Positions 34,462 through 48,130 are shown, numbered from the stretch's first letter. The stretch: DNA of 64,000 bases from Hemiscyllium ocellatum (GCF_020745735.1 NW_026867476.1:974427-1038426), one strand, 5' to 3'. The notes: generated from the letters alone by a model not told the origin. Program-made: numbers and translations.

Positions 34462-36204
34462 CAAGCAGTCTTACCTGATAATTACGTCTACTTCATCGCC
34501 CCTGCTGTCGACAAGACTGACCCACTGGAGGGCATTGGCACGGCGTTATCCAGTCAAAGGGAGAGTTGCCCCTGGAAGTTCTCGACATCAACCTCTGACC
34601 CTGTGCCATCAGGTGAAAAATGGGTCAGGAAATCTACTGTTTAGCCACAACTGCCTCCCATCAGTTGATGAGCCCATACTTGTGTGCGCTCATGGTTATT
34701 GGACGCCAACTGGTGCTGGCAAGGGCACAGTGGTAGGGGGCCTTGAATGTTCACCACCACGAGTTTCGGAGTAGCAGCTGATCAAGCTGGGTTAGCCAAA
34801 GGGAAATGCAGGGTCACGGGGTAGGGTGGGTCTGGGTGGGATGCTCTTTGGTGGGTTGGGGTGGACTGAAAGGTCCAAATGACCTGATTGCAGACTGTCG
34901 GGAATCTGTGACACTTAACACATGGCAGCTATTGCAACCATTCGGACTACAGCACAAGATTACACATTTTTTTAAACACACACAAAAAAATGATTGCACA
35001 CAAGTGAATTAAGCAAAGCAAGCACGATTAAATAACACAGTTTGGGAACAACGCACGTACTCAGATTTACTCCTTACTTTCCCCAAACATTTTCTTACAA
35101 AACACGTCGACCGCTACAAATTATTTACTTTCTGCAGGGATAACCCTTGTGCCTGCTGCAGTCTTTGGAGACCGAGTATCTCCAGGTCCAATTCTTTCCA
35201 GAGATGAAGGCTTATTTTCCGTCTTGAGACTGTGGGTACCGCACTCCCTTGTTCTCCTTACTTGCCAATACCTCCTCAGCACAAGGGCCACTCCGGTTTC
35301 TTCCACTAGTTTCACGCCAGGGCGAGATCGCTCGAACGGAGATTAAACCTGACCCGAGCTCCAGCCTTGGAACGAAGAAGCGAGTGTCTTTTCACACTGT
35401 TTGCAGTGCAGGTCTATCTAACGGACATGGAAGTTGGCTGTCCGTCTCTCAGGAGACGGGGGAACCGAGTATCAAGCAACCCGCTGATGCTTTCGTAGTA
35501 CCAGGTCCTTTTAATAAGTTAATCCCTGGAATCTGGCTGGGCCCAGCAGTTATTGAACCGCCCCTCCTTGAGAAGATGGGGGTGAACTGCCTCCTTAGCC
35601 AGGTGCTGAAGGTAGACTCACAATATCCCTTAGGGAGGGAATTCCAGGATTCTGAACCAGCAACACTGAGGGAACAGCTGACATATTTCCAAATCGGGAC
35701 GGGACGTGGCTGGGAGGGAGATTCGCAGGGATTGGCATTCCCGTCTACTTAGTGCCCCAATCCTTCACCCCAGCACTTAAGGGTGAAGCCAAATAGGCCT
35801 TGCTGAGTTACACAGTGCCTATTGTGGATGGTACACACTGCTACCACTGTGTGTCAGTGGTGAAGGTGGATAGGTGATGGGGTCCAATCAAAGTGGGAGG
35901 GGGAGGGGGGGGGAGCTGCTTTGTCCCTGGATGGTGTCGAGCTTTGTTGTCAGAGCTGCACACGTCCAGGGCAAATGGGGAGTATTCCCTCACCCTCCTG
36001 ACTTGTGCTTTGTCGATGGTGTGACAGGGTTTTTTGGGGGGGGGGGGGGGGAGGGGTCAAGAGTCAGGAGGGGAGCGACTCGCTGCAGGATTCCCAGCCT
36101 CGGACCTGCTCTTGTAGCCGCTGTGTGTTTATGTGGGGCTGGTCCGTGTTCAGTTTCTGGTCAATGGTAACCCCCAGGATGTTGATAGTTGGAGGGGGGA
36201 AGGG

Positions 36205-36530
36205 GGATTCAGTGACGGTAACGCCATTGAACATCAAGGAGCAGTAGTTAGATTCTCTCTGAATGGGAACCCCCAGGATGGTGGATAGTGTGAGGGTTCA
36301 GTGACGGTAACACCATTGAACATCAAGGAGCAGTAGTTAGATTCTCTCTGAATGGGAACCCCCTGGATGGTGGATAGTGTGAGGGTTCAGTGACGGTAAC
36401 ACCATTGAACATCAAGGAGCAGTAGTTAGATTCTCTCTGAATGGGAACCCCCTGGATGTTGGATAGTGTGAGGGTTCAGTGACGGTAACACCATTGAACA
36501 TCAAGGGGGAGTAGTTAGATTCTCTCTTAT
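36205..36530. repeat. ~89-90 bp tandem repeat (~3.6 copies) within an old LINE-like fragment
   Basis: Unit TTCAGTGACGGTAACACCATTGAACATCAAGGAGCAGTAGTTAGATTCTCTCTGAATGGGAACCCC...GAGGG. Confidence 0.9.
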
Positions 36531-36854
36531 TGGAGATGGCCCATTTCAGGTTCTGGTCAATGGTAAACCCCAGGACGTTGGTAGTGGGGGAGGGGGAATT
36601 CAGCGATAGAAACGCCATTAAACATCAAGCGATGCTGGTTAGATTCTCGCTTATTGATGACGGCCAACTGCCCGCATTTTGTGTGGTGAGAATGTTTATT
36701 TTGCAATTATCTGCTCAAGCTAAAGACGTTACACACAACCACTTCAGGATTCAAGAATGGTGCTGAACATTGTGCAGTCAAATCCCCACTTCGAACCTTC
36801 TGATGGTGGGAAGGTCAGCAGTGAAGCAGTTGAGGATGGTCGGGCCTGGGGCTT

Positions 36855-37492
36855 CTTGAAAGTGGAGTCGCAGGTGGATAGGATAGTGAAGGAGGCGTTT
36901 GGTATGCTTTCCTTTACCGGTCAGAGTACTGAGCACAGGAGTTGGAAGGTTGCGTTGCGGCTGCACAGGACATTGGTTAGGTCCACTATTGGAACGTCTG
37001 GTCTCCTTCCTATCGGAAAGATGTTGTGGAAGGATTCAGAAAAGAGTTACAAGGATGTTGGAGGGTTTGAGCTACAGGGAGAGGCTGGACAGGCTGGGAC
37101 TGTTTTCCCCGGAGCGTCGGAGGCTGAGGGGGCGACCTTATAGAGGTTTACAAAATTATGAGGGGGCATGGACAGGATAAATAGACAAAGACTTTTCCCT
37201 GGGGTCGGGGAGTCCAGAACTAGAGGTTTGGGGTAAGAGGGGAAAGATGTAAGAGAGACCTAAGGGGCAACTTTTTCACGCAGAGGGTGGTACGTGTATG
37301 GAATGAGCTGCCACAGGAAGTGGTGGAGGCTGGTACAATTGTAACATTTGAGAGGCATTTGGATGGGTACATGAGTAGGAAGGGTTTGGAGGGATATGGG
37401 CCGGGTGCTGGCAGGTGGGACTAGATTGGGTTGGCATGGACGGGTGAGACCGAAGGGTCTGTTTCCGCGCTGTCCGTCTCCATGACTCTATG
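36855..37492 (+). mobile_element. CR1/HER1-like LINE 3' fragment
   Basis: 'LKVESQVDRIVKEAFGML', 'LSYRERLDRLGLFS.ERRRLRG', (ATGACTCT) tail. Confidence 0.9.
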
Positions 37493-37909
37493 ACCCCGAG
37501 GAACCCCTGCGGAGATGTCCTGGAGTTGAGCTTGACTGACCTCCAGCAACCACGCCCATCTGCCTACGTTGTCAGGTGCGACTTCAACTCCAGTGGAGTG
37601 TTTTCTTCTGCCCCCTCCTCCCCACCCACCGCTCGGAATTCCATTCACTCTGGTTTTGCTCAGAGTCCTCGCCCTGGGGCTAAGGCGGTCACTTGGCAAA
37701 CCACGGGAGTGCAGCCCTTTTGTCCGGGCTTGGACGGGGGCCATAAAGACGTCAAGAGCGCATCCCTCCGTTACGACATACAGCTAGGTAGCGCTATTGC
37801 TGATCCCTTCCATCGGTTTGTAGATGGGCTAAGAGTAGATGAGGGAAGGGTGGAGGGGTCCAGTAAATCATCAGGTTGAATCTGTTCTGCTTTCTCTTCT
37901 TGCCCGGGC

Positions 37910-38851
37910 TCAGTCCTGGGCAGGACGGGCAGGGGGTGCCAGGCCGGGGCCCGGCCCCTGCCTGTGGAGCTGCCGGTGCCGCAGCAGGTGGGCGGAGTGG
38001 GCGAAGCCCCGGCCGCACTCCGGGCAGGCGAAGGGCCGCTCCCCGGTGTGGGTGTGGCGGTGGGCCAGCAGGTGGGACGAGCGGGTGAAGCGCTTGCCGC
38101 AGTCGGCGCAGGCGAAGGGCTTCTCGCCGGTGTGCACCCGCTGGTGCCGCAGCAGGTCGCTGGTGGTCTTGAAGCCCTTGCCGCACTCCGGGCACCGGAA
38201 GGGCCGCCGGTCCGAGTGGACGAGCTGGTGCGAGCTGAGGCTGGTCAGGTAGATGAAGGACTTGCCGCACAGCGGGCAGGAGAAGGGCCGCTCGCCGGTG
38301 TGCGAGCGCTGGTGCTTCTGGAGGCTGGACAGCAGGGTGAACCCTTTCCCGCAGGCGGCGCAGCGGAAGGGCCGCTCCTCGTTGTGGACCCGCTGGTGGA
38401 TCAGCAGGTCGCTGGTGGTCTTGTAGCTCTTCTCGCACTGGGAGCACCGGAAGGGCCGCCGGTCGGTGTGCACCAGCCGGTGGGTGGCCAGGTGCGAGGA
38501 CCGGGTGAAGCCCTTGCCGCAGGCCGAGCAGACGAACGGCCGCTCGCCCGTGTGCGTGCGCTCGTGCTCGACCAGGTTCTGCGAGCGCCTGAACACCTTG
38601 CCGCAGTGGGAGCAGCAGAACTGGCTCTCAGCCTGGGGCGGCTCGTCCGGACCTCCGGCCTCGCCGTCCGGCAGCCGCTCCCCGGCGTGGACCCGCTGGT
38701 GGGTCAGCAGGTGGGAGGACTGGCTGAAGCCCTTGCCGCAGGCGCCGCAGGTGAATGGCCGCTCCCCGGTGTGGCTGCGCCGGTGGATCTCCAGCAGCGA
38801 CGGGTAGCTGAAGCCCTTGCCGCAGTCGCCGCACTTCCAGGGCTTCTCCAT
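37910..38851 (-). CDS. C2H2 zinc-finger protein (10 fingers, no KRAB seen); ZNF-2
   Basis: [14 protein letters not shown]..., HTGERPF linkers, uninterrupted 313-aa ORF; candidate acceptor ctccttttgcAG at ~39027 (minus). Confidence 0.93.
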   Translation of the reverse strand: MEKPWKCGDCGKGFSYPSLLEIHRRSHTGERPFTCGACGKGFSQSSHLLTHQRVHAGERLPDGEAGGPDEPPQAESQFCCSHCGKVFRRSQNLVEHERTHTGERPFVCSACGKGFTRSSHLATHRLVHTDRRPFRCSQCEKSYKTTSDLLIHQRVHNEERPFRCAACGKGFTLLSSLQKHQRSHTGERPFSCPLCGKSFIYLTSLSSHQLVHSDRRPFRCPECGKGFKTTSDLLRHQRVHTGEKPFACADCGKRFTRSSHLLAHRHTHTGERPFACPECGRGFAHSAHLLRHRQLHRQGPGPGLAPPARPAQD

Positions 38852-39218
38852 GGCCAGGGGCCGGGCGGGCTGGGACCGTGCCCGGCGATGGCTTCTCGCG
38901 CTGGTGCAGCCGCCTGCCGCGGGTCAACGGTGCTCTGACCGCCCCCACCCCACCCCCCCGTCACCGTCAGCTCTTCATCTGGTGTGGCTTCACTTTCCTG
39001 GTCAAGGTCCCCAGCTCCTTCTCAACCTGCAAAAGGAGACGGAAGGGTCAAGATCACTGCCAGCACCGGTCGGGAATCCAGGAGGCATTATCACGGAACG
39101 CTGTGTGGGCGGAAACAGGCCATTCGCTCCATTGAGTCAACACTGACCCTGCGGAGAGCGACCCGCCACCCCATCCTAGCCCTGCATTTCCCATGGTTAA
39201 CCCACCCTGACCTGCAAA

Positions 39219-39686
39219 TCCCTGGGCACTATGGGTAATTTAGCACGGCCAATCCACCCTAACCTGCACATCCCTGTGCACTATGGGTAATTTAGCACGG
39301 CCATTCCACCCTAACCTGCACATCCCTGGGCACTATGGGTAATTTAGCACGGCCATTCCACCCTAACCTGCACATCCCTGGGCACTATGGGTAATTTAGA
39401 ACGGCCATTCCACCCTAACCTGCACATCCCTGGGCACTATGGGTAATGTAGCACGGCAAATCCACCCTAACCTGCACATCCCTGGGCACTATGGGTAATT
39501 TAGCATGGCCAATCCACCCTAACCTGCACATCCCTGGGCACTGTGGGTAATGTAGCACGGCCAATCCACCCTAACCTGCACATCCCTGGGCACTATGGGT
39601 AATTTAGCACAGCCAATCCACCCGAACCTGCACATCCCTGAGCACTATGGGTAATTTAGCATGGCCAATCCACCTGAACCTACGCA
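39219..39686. repeat. 52-bp minisatellite, 9 copies, amplified from inside a minus-strand HE1-type SINE
   Basis: Unit TCCCTGGGCACTATGGGTAATTTAGCACGGCCAATCCACCCTAACCTGCACA, exact 52-bp period; matches SINE body, with SINE sequence on both flanks. Confidence 0.93.
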
Positions 39687-40659
39687 TCTTTGGGTTGTGG
39701 GAGTCACCCGAGGAAACCCACGCAAACTTGGGGAGAAATTGCAATCTCGATACAAGGTCACAAACCATATGACACTGAGTTACACTCCAACACGGTCATT
39801 TGAAACTGCAAGTTTTCCGAGCCTCTGTCAGCTGTCTGAGGAAGGAGCTGGGTGGGGGGGTGGGGTGGGGTGGGGCGGGGCTACCAAACTCTGACGGATT
39901 CAAATAAACCTGTTGGACGGTAACCTGCTGTCGTGTGATTTCTGACTTTACACACCTCAGTCGAACACCTCCGCACCAAACCCGACACACACGCACACAG
40001 GACAGGGATCCTGGAATTAAGCGCACCAACCAAACCCTACTCCAGCCGGAGTGACCCACCTCGCGCCGCATTCTCAACGCCCCCCCACCCAGCATTCGCC
40101 CACTCACCCAGGTCCCAGAAACCAGCGCTTCGGTGAGCGCCGAACCCCAAAGGGGCTCCTCCCAGCCACACTCGAACGGGCAGAGGACAACGTCCCACCA
40201 AGGACTCTTCCCCTCCCCCGAGGTGTGGCGACCCTCGGGTTAAAATCGCCGCAGAGTCAGACAGCGCGGAGAAAGACCCTTCGGTCCAACCGGTCTGTGC
40301 CAAACCGGAACGGAGTCGAAAGAGCTGGAAAGAGCACAGGAGGGAGGTCAGGCAGCATCCTAGAAGCAGGAGAGTCGATGTTGCGGGCTCTTTACCATTC
40401 CTGATGGGTTCATACAGCATGGAAACAAACCCTTTGATCCAAATCATCCGTGCCCACCCACTTATCCCGAACTGAATCTAGTCCCATTTGCCAGCACTTG
40501 TCCCATATCCCTCCAAACCCTTCCTATTCATGTCCCCATTTAGTTGCGTTTTAGATGTTGCAATTGTACCGGCCTCCACCACTTCCTCTGGCAGCTCATT
40601 CCATACACGCACCACCCTCTGGGTGAATAAGTTGCCCCTTAGCTCCCTTTTATGTACTT

Positions 40660-40950
40660 TTTTTAAGATTAGATTACTTACAGTGTGGAAACAGGCCCTT
40701 CAGCTCAACAAGTCCACACCGACCCGCTGAAGCGCAACCCACCCATACCCCTACATTTACCCCATACCTAACACTACGGGCAATTTAGCACGGCCAATTC
40801 ACCTGCACATCTTTGGATTGTGGGAGGAAACCGGAGCACCAGGAGGAAATCCACGCAGACACGGGGAGAATATGCAAACACAGTCAGTCGCCTGAGGCAG
40901 GAATTGAACCCGGGTCTCTGGCGCTGTGAGGCAGCAGTGCCAACCACTAT
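40660..40950 (-). mobile_element. HE1-type SINE inserted in the CR1 3' region
   Basis: Minus-strand GGTTCAATTCC B box and AATCT tail. Confidence 0.88.
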
Positions 40951-42984
40951 CTTTCCCCTCTCACCCTAAATCTATGCCCCTCTAGTTCTGGACTCCCCCA
41001 CTCCAGGGTAAAGACCTTGTCGATTTACCCTATCCATGCCCCTCATGATTTTATAAACCTCTATAATGTCACCCCTCAGCCTCCGACGCTCCAGGGAAAA
41101 CAGCCCCAGCCTGTTCAGCCTCTTCCAGTAACTCAAATCCTCCAAACCTGACAACATCCTTGTAAATCTTTTCTGAACCCTTTCAAGTTTCACAACATCC
41201 TTCCGATAGGAAGGAGACCAGAATTGCACGCAATATCCCAACAGTGGCCCTAACCAATGTCCTGTCCAGCCGCAACATGACCTCCCAACTCCTGTACTCA
41301 ATACTCTGACCAATAAAGGAAAGCATACCAAACGCCTCCTTCACTATCCTATCTACCTGCGACTCCACTTTCAAGGAGCTATGAACCTGCACTCCAAGGT
41401 CTCTTTGTTCAGCAACACACCCTAGGACCTTACCATTAAGTGTATACGTCCTGCTAAGATTTGCTTTTCCAAAATGCAGCACCTCGCATTTATCTGAATT
41501 AAACTCCATCTGTCACTTCTCAGCCCATTGGCCCATCTGGTCAAGATCCTGTAGTAATCTGAGGTAACCCTCTTCGCTGTCCACTACACCTCCAATTTTA
41601 GGGTCATCTGCAAACTTACTAACTGTACCTCTTATGCTCGCATCCAAATCATTTATGTAAATGACAAAAAGTAGAGGACCCAGCACCGATCCTTGTGGCA
41701 CTCCACTGGTCACAGGCCTCCAGTCTGAAAAACTACCCTCCACTACCACCCTCTGTCTTCTACCTTTGAGCCAGTTCTGTATCCAAATGGCTAGTTCTCC
41801 CTGTATTCCATGAGATCTGACCTTGCTAATCAGTCTCCCATGGGGAACCTTGTTTAACGCCTTACTGAAGTCCATATCGATCACATCTACCGCTCTGCCC
41901 TCATCAATCCTCATTGTTGCTTCTTTTAAAAACTCAATCAAGTTTGTGAGACATGATTTCCCACACACAAAGCCATGTTGACTATCCCGAATCAGTCCTT
42001 GCCTTTCCAAATACATGTACATCCTGTCCCTCAGGATTCCCTCCAACAACTTGCCCACCGAGGTCAGGCTCACCGGTCTATAGTTCCCTGGCTTGTCGTT
42101 ACCACCCTTCTTAAACAGTGGCACCACGTTAGCCAACCTCCAGTCTTCCGGCACCTCACCTGTGACTATCGATGATCCAAATATCTCAGGAAGAGGCCCA
42201 GCAATCACTTCTCTAGCTTCCCACAGAGTTCTCGGGTACACCTGATCAGGTCCTGGGGATTTATCCACTTTCGGATCCCCTCCCCCCCACGTTATCTCAG
42301 ATCCGACCTCCAACTCGGCACCGCCCTCTTGAACTAGCCCACCTGCCCATCTTCCTTCCCAGCTCTCCGCTCTGACTTATCACCATCACCGCCCGACCTC
42401 TATCCAGCCATCACATTCCTGGCCACCTTCGCCCCAGCCTCTGTGCCCCCCCCCCCCTCCCATTTATCCCTCAGCCCCCTTGGGCACCCCTCAACATTCC
42501 TGATGAAGGGTTTAAACTCGAAACGTCGATTCCCCTGCTCCTCGGACGCTGACTGACAGGCCGTGCTCTTCCAGCACCTCACCCTTTGACATTCACCTGC
42601 TCTATCATCCCATTCCTAGCCTCACTAGCTCGTAGCACCGGGAGTAATCCAGATGTTACAATCCTCCAGGAGTTCCTTTTTAAATTCCTGCCTACTTTTC
42701 TATATTCTCCCTTCAGAATCTCATCCTTTTCCCTTCCTATGTCGTTAGTTCCAACGTGTACAATGACCTCCTGTTGGTCCCTCTCCCCCTTGAGAACATT
42801 CTGCACCCTCCTTAATCCTGGCACCGGGCAGGCATCACGTCATTCTGATTTTTCGCTGCTGGCTGTCCGTGCCTCTGGCTAGAGAGTCCCCTATTACAAT
42901 CAATCAATCACTTGGAACCCCTCACTGCATTACAGCCTGTCTCGATACCAGAAACCTGGCTGTTTGTGCTGCATTCCCCTGAGA

Positions 42985-43880
42985 TTCTGTTCGCCGAGCT
43001 GGGAGTTTTTGTTGCAAACGTTTCGTCCCCTGTCTAGGTGACATCCTCAGTGCTTGGGAGCCTCCTGTGAAGCGCTTCTGTCATGTTTCTTTCGGCATTT
43101 ATAGTGGCTTGTGTCTCTGCCGCTTCCGGTTGTCAGTTGCTGTCCGCTGCAGTGGCCGGTATATTGGGTCCAGCTCGATGTGTTTGTTGATAGAATCTGT
43201 GGATGAGTGCCATGCTTCTAGGAATTCCCTGGCTGTTCTTTGTTTGGCTTGTCCTATAATAGTAGTGATGTCCCAGTTGAATTCATGTTGTTTGTCGTCT
43301 GTGTGTGTGTGGCTACTAAGGATAGCTGGTCGTGTCGTTTCGTGGCTAGTTGGTGTTCGTGGATGCGGGTTGTTAGCTGTCTTCTCATGAGCAAAACCAA
43401 CGTAGTGTACAAAATCCCATGCAAGGACTGCACAAAACACTACATAGGACAAACAGGAAGACAGCTAACGATCCGCATCCATGAACACCAACTAGCCACA
43501 AAACGACACGACCAGCTATCCTTAGTAGCCACACACACAGACGACAAACAACATGAATTCGACTGGGACAACACTACTATTATAGGACAAACCAAACAGA
43601 GAACAGCCAGGGAATTCCTAGAGGCATGGCACTCATCCACAGATTCTATCAACAAACACATCGACCTGGACCCAATATACCGGCCACTGCAGCGGACAGC
43701 AACTGACAACCGGAAGCGGCAGAGACAAGCCACTATAAATGCCGGAGAAAACATCACAGAAGCACTTCACAGGAGGCTCCCAAGCACTGAGGACGTCACC
43801 TAGACAGGGGGACGAAACGTTTGCAACAAAAACTCCCAGCTCGGCGAACAGAACCACAACAACGAGCACCCGAGCTACAA
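42985..43880 (+). mobile_element. Fold-back Penelope-like element of a second family (GIY-YIG)
   Basis: 'NVVYKIPCKDCTKHYIGQTGRQLTIRIHEH..AREFLEAWH'; ~400-bp inverted duplication; hammerhead GCA-CUGAGGA-CGUC..GAC-GAAACGUU-UGC at ~43783-43824 and its mirror at ~43014-43053. Confidence 0.93.
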
Positions 43881-44337
43881 ATCTTCTCCCAAGCTTTGAA
43901 TTCCCCTGAGAGTCCATCACCCCCAACATTTTCCAAAACAGCACACTTGTTTGAAATGGGGACAGCCACAGAAGACCCCTGCACTACCTACCTCCATCTC
44001 CTACCTTTCCTGGAACCAACCCATCTATCGGGCTTTATCTGCCGCTCTTCTCCCTTGCTATAACTGCCATCCACCACATCCCCCGGCTCCCGTAAACTGA
44101 GCACTGCCGCTCCAAGCTATCCCTGCAATCCGATAGGATTCACAACCAACGGACAGAATCCTGCAGACATGAGCGTCAGAAATGTGAAAACTCTCCCTAA
44201 ATGACCACAGGAAGAGCATATCACTCTATTCAAGGCCATCTCTGCTCCTTCCCAGTCTACAGACCCAAAATATAGCCCTGCCTGTTTGCTCAAAATAAAC
44301 TGTGCTCCAGGGCTAACTTAGCACATATGGTTTATAT

Positions 44338-44560
44338 AGGGCGACCCCGCCCCCCCCCTCCCCCCACACACCCACTGTATCCGCGAGTCCAGTTACCATG
44401 GTTTCAGTTACTTGCGGCTTACTGCAGCCCAAACATATTACAAGGAAGGTTCCAGAACCAGGGACCATGAGGCTGCCGGGAAGTTAAGTTTCCCATTTAG
44501 GTTAAGGGGATCGCACCTCTCCGCTGTTTCGAGGTTCTGCAGATACAGGGGGCCACTGTA
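44338..44560. mobile_element. Probable Tigger/pogo-like non-autonomous DNA transposon
   Basis: 3' terminus GCAGATACAGGGGGCCACTG-TA with a degenerate inverse 'ctgtatccgcg' at the left end. Confidence 0.4.
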
Positions 44561-44579
44561 TTTTTAAAATTTAATCAAA

Positions 44580-45370
44580 TTGAAAGTAGACTCGCAGGTA
44601 GATAGGATAGTGAAGAAGGCGTTTGGTATGCTTTCCTTTACTGGTCAGAGTATTGAGTACAGGAGTTGGGAGGTCATGTTGCGGCTGTACAGGACATTGG
44701 TTAAGGCCACCGTTGGAACATTACGTGCAGTTCTGGTCTCCTTCCTATCGGAAAGATGTTGTGAAAGGGTTTAGAAAAGATTTACAAGGATGTGGGAGGG
44801 TTTGAGCTACAGGGAGAGGCTGAACAGGCTGGGGCTGTTTTCCCTGGGGCGTCGGAGGCTGAGGGGTGACCTTATAGAGGTTTACAAAATTATGAGAGTC
44901 ATGGATAGGATAAATAGACAAGGTCTTTTCCCTGGGCTGGGGGAGTCCAGAACGAAAGGGGCATAGGTTTAGGGTGAGAGGGGAAAAATATAAAAGGGAC
45001 ATGAGGAGTGACTCTTTCATGCAGAGAGTGGTGCATGTATGGAATGGATTGCCAGAAAACATGGTGGAGGCTGATACAATTACAATTATTTCTGCTTTCT
45101 TTATTCATTCATGGGATGAGGGCACCACTGGCTGGGCAACTTTTTCACGCAGAGGGTGGTATGTGTATGGAATGAGCTGCCAGAGGAAGTGGTGGAGGCT
45201 GGTACAAATGCAACATTTAAGAGGCATTTGGATGGGTATATGAATAGAAAGCGTTTGGAGGGATATGGGCCGGGTGCTGGCAGGGGGGACTAGAATTGGG
45301 GTTGGGATATCTGGTCGGCGTGGACGGGTTGGACCGAAGGGTCTGTTTCCGTGCTGTACCTCTCTACGAC
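44580..45370 (+). mobile_element. CR1/HER1-like LINE 3' fragment with internal duplication
   Basis: 'KVDSQVDRIVKKAFGML', 'VQFWSPSYRKD'; 'QRVV.VWN' segment occurs twice. Confidence 0.88.
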
Positions 45371-46389
45371 TCGAAGAGACAGGTCTCAATAAAACACACA
45401 ATCAAGAAAGAACCCACCCTACTCACTACTGCAGACTTAAACAAGGTTACACATCAAAAAACGATGCACTTATCTGTTCCTCTGCTGCGAGCCCTCCCAC
45501 ACAGGCTCCTCCAAGGTCAGCTATGAATTTTGCTGTTTGGTAATTCCTCCTTTTCACACTCCAACAACCAGAGATACATGAACTCAAACAGCAAAGGCAG
45601 TGACAGTGAAGATTCACTGTCGTGCCCGTTAAAAGTGTAAGCTTTCTTCTCTCTCCCCCTCACGGACCGTGCGGTCGCTGCCTTTTGTCTGTCTCCCTGC
45701 TTTTAAAAGTGTCGTTTTTGACCCTTTTCTCCCCAGAGTTCTGCATCTAAAACTGTAACCCCTGGAATCCAAGGAAATCACCTAAAATACCTCAAACGGA
45801 AAGGAAAAGGGAGCAGCTCTTACAGCCACAATGTTTTTCCCGTTCCTCCATCTTGGATGACCCGGAATCCCGAAACGTCGACTCTCCCGCTCCTCGGATG
45901 CTGCCTGGCTTTGTTCAGCTTTTTCCAGCGCCCCACCTTTCAACTCTTGACCCTCCAGCAGCCGCGGCCTTCACTCTCTCCCACGCCAAACATAATCCCA
46001 AACTAAGTTATGCCCAGCTGCTTGGCGGCTCCTGGCCCGCACCCCTCCAAGCCTTTCCCATTCACGTCCAGATCCAAGTGTCTTTTAAACTTTGTCATCG
46101 CTCGCTTAAGGGCCTTATAGTCAAATATGGAGGGGAGGCCTCCACTGGGACTGTCGCAGTGAATGCATTACGCGGGTCGTCTTGCTATAACGCACGCCTC
46201 GGTACCACAAATTCGCTATAACGTGAGTTTTAAAGTGCGTGTGGGTTATAATGCGATTCCAGCCCCATTAGTTTCGATGTTCTGTTATTACACGAGTTTC
46301 TGATAACCACGAGAGCGGGACTACTGCGTTGTCACAGAACTGGCCGTATTGACGCCTCCCTGAATCCACTAGAGGGCACAACTACCACT

Positions 46390-47410
46390 GGGGAATGGGT
46401 CGGGGAAGGTGTTGTTTGGTGGGGGGGTGGACCTGACCAGGAGGGAACGGTCTTTGCGGAAGGCAGATAGGGGTGGGGAGGGAACGATATCTCTGGTGGT
46501 GGGGTCCGTTTGTAGGTGGCGGAAACATCAGCGGATGATGCGGTTCAGATTAGATTAGCTTACTTACAGTGTGGAAAGAGGCCCTTCGGCCCAACAAGTC
46601 CACACCCACCCTCCGAAGAGCAACCCACCCATAAGCATTCTCCTACATTTACCCCTTCACCTAACACTACGGGCAATTTAGCGTGGCCAATTCACCTAAC
46701 CCGCACGCTATTGGACTGTGGGAGGAAACCGGAGCACCTGGGGGAAAAAATGTGCAAACTCCACACAGACAGTCGCCTGAGGCGGGAATTGAACCTGGGT
46801 CTCTGGCGCTGTGAGGCAGCAGTGCTAACCACTGTGCCACAGTGCCGCCCACAGTTTATGTGGCGGTTGGTAGGGTGGAAAGTGAGGACTGGGGTGGGGA
46901 TGGTTTCTGTCTTTATTGCAGTTGGAGGGGTAAGGTTCGAGGGTGGAGGTGCGGGACGTGGATGAGATGCATTGGAGGGCACGTGGGGAGGGAAATTATG
47001 GCCTTTAAAAGAAGGAGGCCATCTGGTGTGTTCTGTGGTGGAACTGGTCCTCCTGGAAGCAGATACGGAGGAATTGGGAGTACGGGGTGGCATTTGTGCA
47101 GGAGGTAGGGTGGGAAGAGGTGTAATCCAGGTAGCTGTGGGAGTCGGTGGCTTTATTAAAAAAAAAGTCTGTGTTTAGTCGGGTCGTTATAGACGGAGAT
47201 GGGAAGGTTACATTACACCAGCACCACTCCCCCTCCCCTTCCTCCGCTACGCTGATGACTGTGTCGGCGCCACCTCGTGCTCCCGCGAGGAGGTTGAGCA
47301 GTTCATCAACTTCACCAACACGTTCCACCCCGACCTTAAGTTCACCTGGACCATCGCTGACACCTCCCTCCCCCTTCCTGGATCTCTCCAGGTCCATCAG
47401 TGACGACCCG
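46390..47410. mobile_element. Penelope RT fragments interrupted by an HE1-type SINE (46548-46852, minus)
   Basis: 'KATDSHSYLDYTSSHP..PYSQFLRI' (minus) and 'FINFTNTFHPDLKFTWTI.DTSLPFLDLS' (plus). Confidence 0.8.
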
Positions 47411-47496
47411 ACCGTTCTCGAAGTGGCCTAAGCGCCGTCCCATTTGGCCGCAACACAACCTCCCAACTCCTGTATTCAATGCCCTGGCCGATAAAA

Positions 47497-47657
47497 GTTA
47501 AAAATCACACAACACCAGGTTACAGTCCAACAGGTTTGACTGGAAGCACACTAGCTTTCGGAGCGATGCTCCTCCATCAGGTGATCGTCGCTCCGAAAGC
47601 TAGTGTGCTTCCAATTAAACCTGTTGGACTATAACCTGGTGTTGTGTGATTTTTAAC
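47497..47657. mobile_element. Short hairpin element from a third PLE pLTR family
   Basis: GTTAAAAATCACACAACACCAGG... / ...CCTGGTGTTGTGTGATTTTTAAC inverted arms around hammerhead-derived sequence; another copy at 47878-48005. Confidence 0.8.
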
Positions 47658-48130
47658 TCGATTAAGTACAGTATGTCCCTGAACCGCTAGGTCTCTCTCT
47701 GTTCTACAACACTAACCAAGGCCCTGCTTTTAATGGTATCAGCCTTGCCCTTGTTGGTTTCGGCAAAGTTCAATATCTCCCATTTACCCAAATTAAACTC
47801 CATCTGCCACCTTAGAGCCCATCGAATCTATCGATCAAAATGTCATTGTCATCTTGTCTTACAACTGAGCCCTTCACTGTCACCTGATGAAGGAGCGTCG
47901 CTCCGTAAGCTAGTGTGCTTCCAATTAAACCTGTCGGACGATAACCAGGTGTTGTGTGGTTTTTAACTTTGTACGCCCCAGTCCAACACCGGCGTCTCCA
48001 AATCCTGGAGATAAAGGAATGGGGAAGGGTGAGGGGCTTTTGCCCAAAAACGTCGATTTTCCTGCTCCTCCGATGCTGCCTGACCTGCTGCGCTTTTCCA
48101 GCACCACTTTTTAAGCTTGACTCTGATCCC

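Larger units (their letters stand above)
40410..44330 (-). mobile_element. Internally deleted CR1/HER1-like LINE (ORF1 esterase piece + ORF2 RT + 3' UTR), interrupted by SINE and PLEs
   Basis: ORF 41513-42313 'KSPGPDQ..PGNYRPVSLTS..QHGF..DFSKA..GVPQGSVLGPLLF..FADD'; 'VIVHVGTNDIG' (SGNH esterase of CR1 ORF1) at 42579-42824. Confidence 0.9.

Noticed and set aside
29385-39686. CRISPR-like arrays (29.4, 36.2, 39.2 kb; also 3.6 kb)
   Set aside because: Head-to-tail repeats with no unique spacers, no cas genes, eukaryotic context.
46170-46348. Possible Tigger-like MITE with repeated CTATAACG motifs
   Set aside because: Termini too degenerate to define by eye.
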